Below are positions 38,489-51,464 of a stretch of DNA of 64,000 nucleotides, piece by piece. Source of the stretch: Eledone cirrhosa (lineage: Eukaryota). The position numbers and the translations under genes are program-made. The first letter of the stretch is position 1. The number at the start of each line of letters is the position of its first letter. The stretch spans positions 263,810,001 through 263,874,000 of the forward strand of contig OZ024742.1 in assembly GCA_964016885.1 (NCBI GenBank). Reading direction: 5' to 3'. Below the pieces are notes generated by a model. The model worked only from the letters and a program-made list of their open reading frames with translations. It did not search any database and was not told where the DNA came from.

Positions 38489-38703
38489 TCCTTTGTCAGT
38501 GTTGAACAAACGAGCAACGATGGTTGCTGGACACTACGGCTTAATACGGGATGTTTGTTTACAAACACACCGAGCATTATAATAAATGTTCGATGAATTC
38601 ATACGTACATATATATATATATATATATATATGTGCATGTATGTATATATATATACATACTACTGTACGCCTGTATACATATATGTATATACGTGTACAT
38701 ACT

Positions 38704-38734
<31 letters not shown>

Positions 38735-38850
38735 GCGTATGTGTGCTATACACATTTTATTTAAGACAAAGCCTTTATATGTGTATATCTATGTATTTCT
38801 CTGTCTTTCTCCACCTTTCTCTCCCTCTCTCTCTTTACTCTCTCTCTCTC

Positions 38851-38892
<42 letters not shown>

Positions 38893-39023
38893 TCTCCACA
38901 CACACATATATATATGTATAAAGCTGTCCGACAGAGATCGATGGGTAGGTAGATTGTGAGAAGATATATAGATAGATATAAACTTACATAAGCTTAGCCA
39001 TAAATAAAATATGCATAGCATGC

Positions 39024-39128
<105 letters not shown>

Positions 39129-39673
39129 TATATATATATATATTTATTTATATATATATATGGGGGGTGTATGGGCTGTGTGAGTGGGTTGGGGGATGGG
39201 GTGTGTGAGTGGGTTGGAGGATGGAGTGTGTGTATATATATATGTATGTGCGTGCGTCTGAGTCTATGCGTGTGTATTCATTATGGGATTTGTCTCGACA
39301 AAGAAAGAGGACGGATTAAATTCATCTGTCTCTCGTATCACACTGACTGTATATCCAATTAACCAACCAGACTCTAGCTATCAGTATAACCTCAATGGTC
39401 AGACGCATTGCTGATACCTCTACCAACGTCCCACCAATACTAAAGCCCTTCTACCACCACCACTTAGAGTTCCATCGCCAGAAAACTGTCAGTCCTACGT
39501 CGAATATTTCCATCATTAATACACCCCCCACCCACATATATATATTCATATATGAAAAAATGAAAAAACAACACAAGGAGACCATACAGTTCAATGATGA
39601 TATATGTTAGTATGTATATATATATATAAATGAATAAAAACAAAACAGGATTATATATATATATATATATAAA

Positions 39674-39713
<40 letters not shown>

Positions 39714-39737
39714 ATATTATTAAGGCGAAAAAGTGAG

Positions 39738-39787
39738 TCTTGTTACTCTGAAGTTTCGCATGTTTATCACAGAGTCATCAGACAAGA
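39738..39787 (-). ncRNA. Type I hammerhead ribozyme motif
   Basis: TCTTGT-CTGATGA-ctctgtgataaacatgc-GAAACT-tcag-AGTA-ACAAGA: 6-bp stem I, GUA site. Confidence 0.75.
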
Positions 39788-39949
39788 ATTAACGTTTCAA
39801 TGCCAGACACAATATATATAAGGAAGACTTGGGGTAGAAAAAAACAGGAACAACTACGAATTAGAACGCCAATACCATTACGAATACCTAAAAAAAAAAA
39901 AAGAATCACAAACAGAGTGTGTACAACGACATAATAAAATTTAGGCGAA

Positions 39950-40175
39950 AACGCTTGCTACACAACTGGGAAAAGTAAACAGAGTTGAGCAGCTCAACCT
40001 ACGAAAACCTTACCTCCTGTTGATGGACCATAAAGTAAATTTTACTGAAAACCCGAAATCTCGTCTAATCAACCCAATGAAGTGTAAAATGGGTAAAGTC
40101 AGCAAACAAATTCTCGACAATATAAGCACCACCACCAGAAGATCCACAAATCTCAAGCAATGGAACTGTAGCTGT
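39950..40175 (+). pseudogene. Penelope-like RT N-terminal fragment
   Basis: MDHKVNFTENPKSRLINPMKCKMGKVSKQILDNI...NLKQWN matches the PLE KDHK.NF..NP..RLINP.K..G..SK.IL motif. Confidence 0.75.
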
Positions 40176-40343
40176 GCCACCATCAAAAGGCTCATTGTCA
40201 GAGTGCTATCGACAGATGCAACATCGGCAGGTTACGAATCAAGGAAGCACTTTGGATCAAACGCCTAGGGCCACAAATAATTAACCGAGCCGAGAGAAGC
40301 GAGATGAGGTGGCTGGTGTAAACAAATGAGACACCAATATACG

Positions 40344-40421
<78 letters not shown>

Positions 40422-41899
40422 GACATTCAAACGATTATTTTTGTGTGTGTAGCACCGTCACCATCCATCGACCTAAAAAAGCGACCAGGCAGACTACCAC
40501 CATACGACTATACTACACTGGTAGTACCAAAAAACCAGCACAGATAAATAGTACAATGGACTGACAGCTAACGCCATCCCACTCCCACAATTAAAAGAAC
40601 TGCTTCGACCTTTGCTTGACCGCACCTATACCGTGCGCTCTGCAGAATACCTCAGTTAGTCACAAACAGCGAACAGCAGAGGACACGTACCGTTCCTCTC
40701 CGACAGATACCCCCCCCCCCCTACACACCCGAAAAAAAACCCAAGTGGATAAATGAGAATCCGAAATATAGGGACAATTAAATCTCTCCCAAGGTAACTC
40801 TATCTCGTGTTATTATTTTTATTTTTTATTTATTTATTTTTTTTTATTTTTATTTGCCACCACGCTCTTTCCTACGTTCCTCTACACACTATACATCTCA
40901 TTCTACATTCCCTTACATCTCTCTCTTCACCACCGGATCCTGTTACCCGGAGAATTACCCATCTGCATTGTTGAGGCTTCCAAAACGACCAAAAGAAAAT
41001 AAATGATATATATATATATTGTTCCGAAGAGATTGTTTTGGTAAGAACAGGAGCAAGCAGGAGAAAGCTCTCAACATTCGTAGATTTTAGTTACGATGGA
41101 GATTTTTGTAAAAGTAACAAAAATAATAATGCTGATGTTACATATATCGTTTAATCATTATAATTAAACGGTTCTCTATGTAATCGAGAAGTCTTTCATG
41201 CATTTGTTGTTGTTATGAGAACGGTATCCTCAGATGAAATTCGATTTAGTGATATGCTGCCGGCAGGAAAAAACACATGTCATTCTGCTGGTGTGTCCAG
41301 CAGACATACGAGTCCTTGAAATGGTATCCCAGCCGTCGTGTTTGGTGGAGTAAGGTGCTATCCACGTGTCAATTAGTGAAATCAGGATTCACGCTTCCAC
41401 CACAGAGTTGAGGCAGTAAATCAACAGAGGGATAACCTCTCAAGTATGCTGTGTTGATCTGTATCAAACGAAAAACTATGCGTGGCCCAAGGGCCTTAGA
41501 CAGTGGAAGCAATAAATAGAACTCTGAGGAAGAGTGGGGTATATATTTGGTCGACAGCCACATTCAAGACAACAACTACAACAACAACAGCAGCAACAGC
41601 AACAACAACAAATGCATGAAAGACTTCTCGATTGCATGGAGAACCATGGAAATAATTATAATGATTAAACGATTTATGTAACATCAATATTATTATTTTT
41701 GTTATATATATATATATATATATACACACACATATATATATATATATATATGTGTGTGTATATGTGTGAGTGTGTGTGTGTATAAAGACACACACACACA
41801 CACATATATATATATAAATTAAAATTGATTACTTTCCCATTATTTTATGTTTTTCGCCGGAAAAGTAATTATCAATGCATAACTCCTTGATTTCTCCCA

Positions 41900-42400
41900 T
41901 TCATTAGCGAAGTCCTCCGCCAGACTGTAACTGGACTCAGCGCTGGCTGATTGGATCGACGAAGGCCTCGCCGACCCGCAGTATGCAGATGTCCAACGCA
42001 ACTGCAGGTCAACTTTAAGCTGGTAGAATCTTCCTTAGATCATCATTTTGCCTGCCTCCTTTCTGTTTCGCAGCCAAACAGCGGCGCATGGTTCAATTCG
42101 GTGACTTTCTCATCCACTGATATCCTTCTCGATGAGTGTTCCCGCATCGATGGCCCAACGTCACTGCTTGCGCGTGTGTGAGCCACACAAATTCCGTTGC
42201 CGCGCAATAACACAGATCAATCCCCACGACTCACCGCTCTGAACGCCATAATCAGAAGGAACTTCGACACGGCTGGCCAACTGTCACAACTGGGGCCAGT
42301 TAGCATCGATTGTGGTGATGGTAAGGGCCCAGACGAGATAACGTTCTTTCAATTTGAGGTAGGTAAATCCCTAATCTGGGACGCTACATATACATGTTAT
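41900..42400 (+). mobile_element. Third CRE-clade relic (highly decayed)
   Basis: LDHHFACLLSVSQPNSGAWFNSV...ALNAIIRRNFDTAG...DGKGPDEITFFQFEVGKSLIWDAT. Confidence 0.75.
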
Positions 42401-42556
42401 TATCTTATATTCTCTGCGAAAATAGAAAGAAAAGGTACAAAAATAATAATTTCATAAAACATTAAAATTGCTATCTATTATCATGGATTAATCGGAGAAA
42501 GGCGACGTGTTTAAGAGAATTAATCATAGCTTATATGTTTATGTGTTATCATGTAA

Positions 42557-43541
42557 TCTATATATATAAAACTGTGGTTGTCTGTCTGTCTATCGATTTT
42601 TGGCACACATCTCCTCTTAGAATCTCTCACGGAATTGCACCGAAATTGCTATACTTGTACATTGAGCCCTAGCGAAGACATCGGAAAAAAAATATTTCAA
42701 ATTGACCCACCCTATGTGACGAAATCGAATATAATGTATCGATTTTTGAGCATAAGTTATCAGTTATTTCCCTTTGTTCTGTTTACATTGAGCGTCTTAC
42801 GTAAAAAATTACGCTGGCTTTCTCAGCGTTTAAAATGACATTAACACAATACACGAACAGTTGTCGAGCCAGCAAAATATTGACCTGCAAAATTCATCAG
42901 TTCGAACACTAAGCTTCCGTTTTGCTTCATTTCCATTTAAAAGCATTTTAAAACAATATTTTTACTTGAAAACAAGTCTATTTAAAGACTACGTAAAACA
43001 AGCAAATATTTCGTCGTGAGGCGTGCAGACAGACAGTCGTGCAGACAGACAGTCGTGCAGAGAGGTGATATACGCGTGCAGACAGACAGTCGTGCAGAGA
43101 GGTGATATAGGCGTGCAGACAGACAGTCGTGCAGAGAGGTGATATAGGCGTGCAGACAGACAGTCGTGCAGAGAGGTGATATAGGCGTGCAGACAGACAG
43201 TCGTGCAGAGAGGTGATATAGGCGTGCAGACAGACATAACTGATAATTTGGTTACGCTAATGTTTTTCTCTGCGTTGCAGTGTTTACATTTTCGATCTTT
43301 GTTAATAAATAACCAGTGCAGTTTCTATCCCCAGCATCCTCTTTTGTTATAACATTCGGGTTATCGTTATGTTTTCTTAACTTCATAAGGCATATTGTTG
43401 GTTGAGGGAATATTAATCAAAAACACCACATGCAAGTCTGCACAGTAGACACTACAGTTTTTAAGCCAAGAAAGAAACTTAACATTGTAACTTTAACACA
43501 GCTACTGAGCGACCCCGAGCAACGCCGGGCTTTACTGCTAG
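42557..43541 (+). mobile_element. Non-autonomous Helitron with internal minisatellite
   Basis: A|TCTATATATATAAAA..(TGTC)n start; CCCGAGCAACGCCGGG hairpin followed by CTAG|T. Confidence 0.8.
43021..43236 (+). repeat. 37-bp minisatellite, about 5.5 copies
   Basis: GCGTGCAGACAGACAGTCGTGCAGAGAGGTGATATAG units, nearly identical, with no spacers. Confidence 0.9.
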
Positions 43542-43927
43542 TTTACGATAAAAGCAGTATCTGTAAAAATAGAAATAGACACAATAACAGAAACAATCAT
43601 TTTTTAATTTAGCCAGATTTAGTTTTAGTGGATAAAAGGAGACGGGGCGGTGTACTTTTACAGAAGTGACGCTGAAATTGTGTTTACATGTAGTCGTATA
43701 TGCAATTTACTTACAGAGGAATATGTCTCAAGTCTTTCGTTTATTATTAGCCCAACAAATTAGTAGTCTTCGTGAAGGAGCTTTATTGTGAAATTATGGA
43801 GCCAATGAAGTGATTTTCACGTTATATTAAGACGTCTTAATACCCATATATAATATATATTCAAGCAGTTAAGAATCTTTTAAAACATTTTACTTCGTCA
43901 GCATTTAAACAGTATCTATCAAAATTT

Positions 43928-44005
<78 letters not shown>

Positions 44006-44076
44006 CATATATACTTATATATACATATATGTATATACACATATATACATATACACATACATATAGACACATATAG

Positions 44077-44109
<33 letters not shown>

Positions 44110-44110
<1 letters not shown>

Positions 44111-46710
44111 TCCATAAGCCTGTAAGATCTTCATCAGGCAGTGACGGTCCACAGAATCAAAGGCCTTCCTAAAGTCAATGAAAACCATGACCGCAGGAAG
44201 GCACTTTGCTCTAGCTCCCTCTAATATCCTCCTCAGCATCAGGATGTGACTGGCGGTTGATCTTCCCTCTCTGAAGCCGTTCTTGTTGTCCTTGAGCCTC
44301 TTCTCCATCTCAGGCTGGATCCTGTTAAGAATCATCCTGTTGAGGGTCTTTGCCACAAGTGACGACAATGAGATCCCCCTGTAGTTGTTGGTGTTAGAGA
44401 GATCTCCCTTCTTTGGCACTGGGACGATGTTACTGATCATCCACTGATTCGGAGCAACTCCTTTCTCCAGTGCCTGATTACAGAACCCCAGGATGATATC
44501 ATCAAAATCACACCTCTTCATCACCTCTGATGGCACTCCATCTTCTCTACGAGCCTTGCCCTCCTTGATCTTCTTCTTGGCTCTCTGAAGCTCCTCTCTG
44601 GTGAAGGGCTCTATCTCAATATCCAGTTTTTCAAACAGCCGCCTGATCTCCCCAGTGCTCTGTGCTGTGGAGGGCGGCTCTCCTAGTAGGGTCCTAAAAT
44701 GGTCTAGCCATTTCCTATTCCTATCCTCGGGCCCTGTTCCCTGAACCTGATTCGAGGACCTTCTCTTCCTCCCTGTGATCTCGTTGATGATCATCCAATT
44801 CTCCTTACATCCAGACCTATCAACACTTCTGATCTTCTCTATCAGTGCCTCCTCTCTGGCCTCAGTGTAAGCGGTACAGAGTTCTTCCCTCATCACCTCC
44901 ACAGTCTCCATCCTCTCCTCCGTATGATCAGCATAGAATTGGTCCTTGGCAGCTTTCAGGTGTTCCATGGCTTCACACACTTTTGGGTCTGCAGAGCTGA
45001 CGTGCTTCCTTTTGTTCTTTTCCCTCGGTACCAGGGTCTCACTTGCTTCCGCCACTGCAGTGGTGAAGTGCCCGTACCTCCTCGTCACACTCTTCTCAGT
45101 CCATCCAATCTCTCTCGCCTCTGTCTCTCCACACAGAGCACTGAACCTGTTCCTCACTTCCACTGTGAACCTCTCCTGTAGCTTATCATCTTCCTTGAAA
45201 GCTCCCCAGTCATAGATTGCTTTCCGGGCTGAGCCTTGCTCTTTCTTAAGCTCACCCGGACCTCACTCATAACAAACCGGTGGTCACTACCCAGTGTACT
45301 GAAATAGTTGTATGGTTCTGTGTTCAGAACACTATACCGCCACTTTTTCCTCACCAGAATGAACTCAATCTGGGACTTGGACAGGTACATATCTGAGATG
45401 TAGGTCCACATCTTCCCCGGATTCTTCCCAAACCTTAGGTTGGTCGCTATGAAGTTCGCCTCCAGCAGGGTGTCTCTCAGTAGTCTTCCATTTTGGTTGG
45501 GTGTTGTTATGGAAGTACCAGCAAGGATCTTCACTGCCCTCCTTACGCAGATGTGCATTGAAGTCCCCCAAAACAAGCAGGATGTTTTGTGCTTGTGTGG
45601 TGTTGACAGCTCTACACACCTCCTCATGGAACTCTTCCGCACTCACATCACTGTCTCCCTCGGTTGGACTATAGGCTGAGATGACTGTCAGTCTTGGGTT
45701 TCCATTGAAGGTCACCCTCAATAATCGCGGGAAGACAGGTATTATTTCACTCACCAATAGACTGGTTTTTGTGCTGAAAACAAAACCACTCCTCCCACTG
45801 CAGCATTGGTCATGTTCCTCACTGCCAATTGTGATGAGTTGGCTCATCTTCCCAATCATCACACTCCTCACGGCAACGTGTAGGATCCTGTGTTTTGGGA
45901 TCGCAAGCAACTGTATACCACTCTCCTCGAACAGATGTCCCAACTCCTCTCTCTTCAGCGTCCGAATAGTCCTCACATTCAAAGTGACCATTTTGATGGC
46001 TCTTCTGCAGGACAAAACTGCAGGACTGTATCGATGAGTGTGGGGCTGAGAATGAATGAGACTAAAACAAAATATCTGGTAGAGAATGTTGAGAGGTCAG
46101 AGGGGATCACTAATGTAGGCGGGAAGCCGCTAGAATTGGTTGAGGACTTCCTGTATTTGGGAGCAAAGATTGAGAATACGGAAGATGATGTGGTTGAGAG
46201 GAAGGGCAAATCCTGGGCGGCGTGCCACAGATTCAGATCGGTGTGGAAGTCGGACCTTCGTAAAGACCTGAAAATCCGCCTCTTCATTGCTGTAGTGGAG
46301 TCTGTGCTGCTGTACGGGTCTGAGACTTGGACACTGACCAAGAAACCCACTCAGATGATGGATGGGTGCTACACGAGAATGCTGACGATGGCTCTGAACA
46401 TTAATCAGTATACACTGAGGATTAAAAACTCAGTGCAGTATGGGAGCCTCCCAAAAGTTATCTCAAAAGTGACACAGAGGAGACTCAGGTTAGCTGGACA
46501 TGCTCACCGACATCCAGAATTGAAATTGCACTCAGTGCTCCTGTGCGAGCCCATAGATGGACACATTGGAAGAGGAAGACCAAGGTTAAAGTATGTTGAT
46601 GCCCTAAGGACAGACACTGGACTGTTGGAGACGCAGGAAATGGCAGCGATAATGAGGGACAGAGACTGCTGGAGAGGACTCGTTCATAGAGTTCGGGAAT
46701 TTTACCCTAG
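44110..46710. mobile_element. RTE/RTE-X-type LINE with an inverted 5' portion
   Basis: 44110-46025 (-): APE (TLNVRT, AYSPT, GDFNAH, SDHR) and RT start (NYRGISL, FIDFRKAFDS..AYG); 46030-46710 (+): VGLRMNETKT, LLYGSETWTL, RRLRLAGH, RGRP, DRDCW; (TA)n flanks. Confidence 0.85.
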
Positions 46711-46714
46711 AATA

Positions 46715-46747
<33 letters not shown>

Positions 46748-47026
46748 AACACATATACACACATATATATACATGTACAAAAACACATATATATAGATAT
46801 ATATATATACACATATACATATATATAAATATACACATAAAAATATATGTACACACACACACATATTTATATATATATATATATACATTGTTATACTTTG
46901 GGAGGGTCATGTTGCCAATAAGAAACACACGCACCAGTTGTTTGACTCTAATTTATTATAAATTAAATTATAAATTTCCGGTTGGTTGGTTGGTTGGTTC
47001 CACAACCGGATGGTTGTTCATATATT

Positions 47027-47069
47027 GTCAAAGTTCTTTCGTCACACATTCTGTGACCTTTTCAGTGAC
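47027..47069 (-). ncRNA. Minimal hammerhead-like motif in PLE pLTR (core mutated)
   Basis: GTCA-CTGAAAA-g-GTCACagaatgtGTGAC-GAAAG-aa-CTT-TGAC. Confidence 0.55.
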
Positions 47070-49259
47070 TGGGCATTCTTTTCTTTGTTTTGTGCCTCTC
47101 CTTTGTTCTGTCCTACGCCATCTTGTTTTTGTGTGTGTTGTGTGCTTAGTTTGCGCATGTGTTACATCCGTGTGTCTGTGTGTGTTTTTATTTGTTTATT
47201 TATTTGTTTATTTATTTGTTTATTTACATGTTACTGGTTGGTTGTTTGTTCTATGTGTGTGTGTTTTCATTTTGTCCTTAATTGTAAGTTGTGATGTTGC
47301 TATTCCATTCATGTTTTCTATTTAAATTTGGTTGGAGTTCATTTATGTTTATTGCCGCCTCTGTGATTTGTCTAGACATTGCGTCTTTTCTGTGTGTAGA
47401 TTCTATTTTTATCTCTGTGTTCTCTAATTTGCTCTAATGTTCTATTTTAGCATGTTGGTGGAGTGTTGATGAGTCTGTTCTATCTTGGAGTTCTCGCCAG
47501 TGTTCATTTATTCGTTCTCCTATACTACGAGCTGTCTCACCTATGTACACTATATTCTTATCTTTACATTGTCCTTCAGTACATCTTATGCTATATACTA
47601 TGTTTCTAGTTTTACAATTAATATGGGGGCTTAGTTTACAGATTATGCATGTCTTATCTATACAGGGAGGTCTTTGAAAAGGGTATGTATTGCTAATAAG
47701 TGTTTTTATGGAGGTACCTGGTCTTTCTACTATCTTAATATTTAGTTTAAGTTTATCTAGGGCCCTTCTAAATGTGTAAGCTAGTTCACCTCTAGAGGTT
47801 GCATTGATGAACATTACACTCTGGTGTTTATTGCTATCATACCATGTGTTTATTCTATTAACTTTATTCCTAGTTCTTTCTATTCTATTCCAAAATTTGC
47901 TCCTAAACAAGGGGCAGGTCCCATTTGTATCATTACTTACCATTTTTTCCCATTTGGTTCTGGCTCCTCTATATACTCTGATTTTATCTCTCTGATTGTA
48001 ATCAGAGAACTGCATACGGTGCATGAAGTGTTGTATGTGTGTCTCTAGTTCTTTGGGGGGTTGCACATGCGGGACACGTTTCTCATCACCCGTACTAAAT
48101 CCGCAATCAGTATGTTGATTTTGGTGTGATCCGAAACAACTGAGTTTCGGTGGATCAGATATTTGGAAGTCATGGATTTGGCATAATGGGAATGGAGGAT
48201 TTGTTTTTTGTTATTAATGGTTTCTAACCAGAGCTCTGTGTCTAGTACAGGTAATCGATGGTTGGGGTGTTTGCTTGGGTAGTATATAGTAAATTTGATA
48301 CTCTGGTGGATGGAGCTAGCTATTTGCTGGATGCTTTCCATGGTGCTTTTCTCTAATTCCTGACTGTTCTCTAGTTGAGGTGTTTTTACTACGATGTTTA
48401 TATCATCAACGTAGCGAGAGTACATTATCAAGGTTAAGAGGTTGCTGTCTTCTAATTGTTCTTTAAGTTTATTGTCCCACCATACCATGAATAGGTTAGC
48501 TATGTCACCTGCAATGAAAACACCAATGGCTGCTCCCTCCTCTTGGGCATATGTTTTTCCATTAAATTTGAACATATGTTCCTTAAGGGTTAGTTTTATA
48601 CTGGCCCCCGCCGCACGTGCAATCATTTTCTTTAGTTCATCATGGTTTTCGGGGGTCCGTATGGCTCTGATCCACCCGTTCCATCTTTCTGTGTTGGTCT
48701 TCTTGGCCATTGAGGTAATGGTAGGTGGTCTGCCTCTTGCTGGCCTTGTGGGGCAGAGGTTGCTATGGTCATACGTATCTAGATAATCATTACTATAAGT
48801 AAGTTTAAGTAGGAGTCCCAGCTCACTGGTATCAATCCCACGGAATTAAACATTGCTCTGGCGAGAGCTTCAAGATAGAAAAGAATCATCAATACTCCAC
48901 CAACATGCTAAAATAAAACATAAGGGCAAATTAGAGAACATAGAATTAAAAATAAAATCTACACACAGAACAGACGCAATGTTTAGACAAATCACAGAGG
49001 CAATAAACATAAATGAACTCCAACCAAAATTAAATAGAAAACATGAATGGAATAGCAACATCACAACTTACAATTAAGGACAAAATGAAAACACACACAT
49101 AGAACAAACAACCAACCAGTAACATGTAAATAAACAAATAAATACACACACAGACACCCTGATGTAACACATGCGCAAACTAAGCACACAATACACACAA
49201 AAACAAGATGGCGTAGGACAGAACATTGGAGTGGCACAAAACAAAGAAAAGAATCCCCA

Positions 49260-49302
49260 GTCACTGAAGCGGTCACAGAATGTGCGACGAAAGAACTTTG
49301 AC
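49260..49302 (+). ncRNA. Minimal hammerhead-like motif in the inverted pLTR (core mutated)
   Basis: GTCA-CTGAAGC-g-GTCACagaatgtGCGAC-GAAAG-aa-CTT-TGAC; the consensus of the two copies restores CTGAAGA. Confidence 0.55.
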
Positions 49303-50149
49303 AATATATGAACAACCGTCCGGTTGTGGAACCAATCAACCAACCGGAAATTTATAATTTAATTCATAATAAATTGGAGTGAAAGCATCTGGTGCGTGTG
49401 TTTCTTATTGGCAACATGACCCTCCCAAATTATAACAATATCAGTTTCAACACACGTTTTCAGATAAAGAATCTAGCTAAACAAATTCAGAAACGAAATA
49501 TATATATATATGTATTTAGGTTTGTTGGTTCACCACTGGATAGAACTGGTCCTTCCGTATGGTAAACCTCGATCTCGATGTTATATTATGTAGAGCACTC
49601 AACGTAACGCAACTCACCTGTCTTCGTTTGTGTAGTTGGTGGTGCGAGTACGGAGTTAATTATTATAAAATAACAGGAGGCTGGACTGGTGTAATTCCTT
49701 AAAAGGTTAATATATATATATATACACACACAGATGCATTGTATGTCGCTTTAACCCGTCTTGTATTATTCAAAAAACCTCTTGCGAATAAACATTAACC
49801 CTCTGTGCGCCATTCATCTAACTGTAGACCAACAAATACCAAGTAAACGGAACGTTGACAAGAACGATGGCGAATGAATCTTCGAGGTAAGCCGTTTCCT
49901 CCCGAGTTATTAGTTCACGCGGGATTCTCGTTTATATACCGAGCAACGTATTGCTGGTCACTCCTTCCTCCAAAGGCCGTACAAAGCGGAATTGTGCATC
50001 GGGTAGATGGAACGGGTGAAAATCTACACCAGGCCTATGCGAGAAATTCGCAAGGGACTACACCGAGAGGGATAGAGAGAAAGAGTAACTTAGTGGAAAG
50101 AGTGCGAATGAACTTTTGAGGTAAGTAGCCTACACCTTACTGCTATGAT

Positions 50150-50431
50150 ACTGGAACCTTCAGCTAACTTAACCTGTGACTTTCTCTTTCACATTTACTC
50201 CAAAAGGCCAAAACAGAGGAGTATGAAAAGAAGGGGCTCAACAATATTTCTATGAACAATGCACGTAGACAGCTGAACTGTACTTTCAACTTCTTAATTT
50301 TCCCCAAATAAAACAAGTTTCCTGTCGGTATATTTTCGTGAGTTTTTAACAGGCACCCACAAATAAACGTTTCTCGTTGGAGGTGCTATTACCAATCTTC
50401 TTACCCGTGCAACGCCGGGATACACTGCTAG
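50150..50431 (+). mobile_element. Non-autonomous Helitron 3' end (5' boundary uncertain)
   Basis: CCCGTGCAACGCCGGG hairpin followed by CTAG|T, same terminus as 43514-43541. Confidence 0.6.
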
Positions 50432-50444
50432 TATATATATATAT

Positions 50445-50660
50445 AACCTTAACGTAGTTTTCAGTGAGATTCAGCATGGCACAAGTGTAACAAGGCTGGC
50501 TCTTGAATTACAGATACAATTCGTTTTTCCAGCTGAGAGGACTGGAGCAATGTGAAATAAAATGTCTTGCCTAAGGACACAATACCCCGCCGGGAATCAA
50601 ACCCAAGACTATATGATCATGATCCAACCCCCTTAACCACTAATACACCCGCCTTCAGGT
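50445..50660 (-). mobile_element. OK-like CORE SINE
   Basis: Similar to 7235-7436. Confidence 0.7.
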
Positions 50661-51464
50661 TGTATTATATAATTATGAATTAAAAATGGTATTATTTTAC
50701 GAATCACCGAAGTGCTGAGTGATTTGAAATTTGAAAGTGTGTACATGCCAAACACAGAAAATAACTATAACAATAAGTTGACCGCCAAAAATAATGGCTC
50801 AGAAAATTGGATAAAATATTCCTATAGCCGTTATATATTCTGTCTTTGGGATTCACACATGTTCAAATTTCAAAGTATTATTTCTTTTGTTTAGGGCGGT
50901 GGATTGACCGAGGCGTTATTTGTTCTGCGTCTTTATGGTCTAATTAAACTTTGCCTTTCATTCTTCCGGGATCAATAAAATAAAATACCAGTCAAATATA
51001 GATTCGATGAAATCGACTTTCTCTTTTCTCCGAATTTTGGTCTTGTGCCTTAGAATACATTATTTCTTTTGTTTAACAGTAAATATTTATTTGTTTAACA
51101 GTAAATATTTATGGATTATAATTCGAATTTTAAGAGGTTAATAATTATCTAGATTAGAAACATTATGTCAGATACGTTCTCAATAGTTGAAGATCTTTAT
51201 ACTAGAACTTTAATATTCAGTTATTTTATTGTTATTCTATCCAGCTAAGGGGGTGAGTCGGCGTATTCGTTAGAAAGTCGGGTAGAAGGATCGGGGTATT
51301 CATTCCGGCTTCCAGCGCTCTCAGTTAAAAATCTGCCGAAGTCAACTTTATCTTTCATCTTTTTTTGGGCGATAAATAAAGTACCAGTCAGGTACTGGGA
51401 TGGGCTTTGTCCCCGCTCTCTCTTCTTCTTTAGAAGAAATCGACTGCGCTCAAACCCGGAGAAG

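Larger units (their letters stand above)
37721..38710. mobile_element. Penelope-like pLTR family in three inverted/tandem pieces
   Basis: 37721-38075 is the reverse complement of 38090-38333 and of 38397-38705; carries two hammerheads. Confidence 0.75.
46888..49440 (-). mobile_element. Penelope-like element (RT + Cys-rich linker + GIY-YIG) with 3' pLTR and inverted upstream pLTR
   Basis: QEEGAAIG..MVWWD..YSRYVDD, LPVLD, CIDKTCIIC..CKTRNIVYSIRC..VYIGETAR; 46888-47500 is the reverse complement of 48858-49440. Confidence 0.9.

Noticed and set aside
43021-43236. 37-bp repeats of CRISPR-like length
   Set aside because: Head-to-tail units with no unique spacers, no cas genes, eukaryotic context
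47434-47436. In-frame stop within the PLE GIY-YIG tail as possible recoding
   Set aside because: It is TAG, and the inverted copy has AAG at the same codon, so it is a simple mutation
49610-50130. Several splice-donor-like GTAAG/GTGAG motifs
   Set aside because: No coherent exon frame; the region probably belongs to the adjacent Helitron-like repeat
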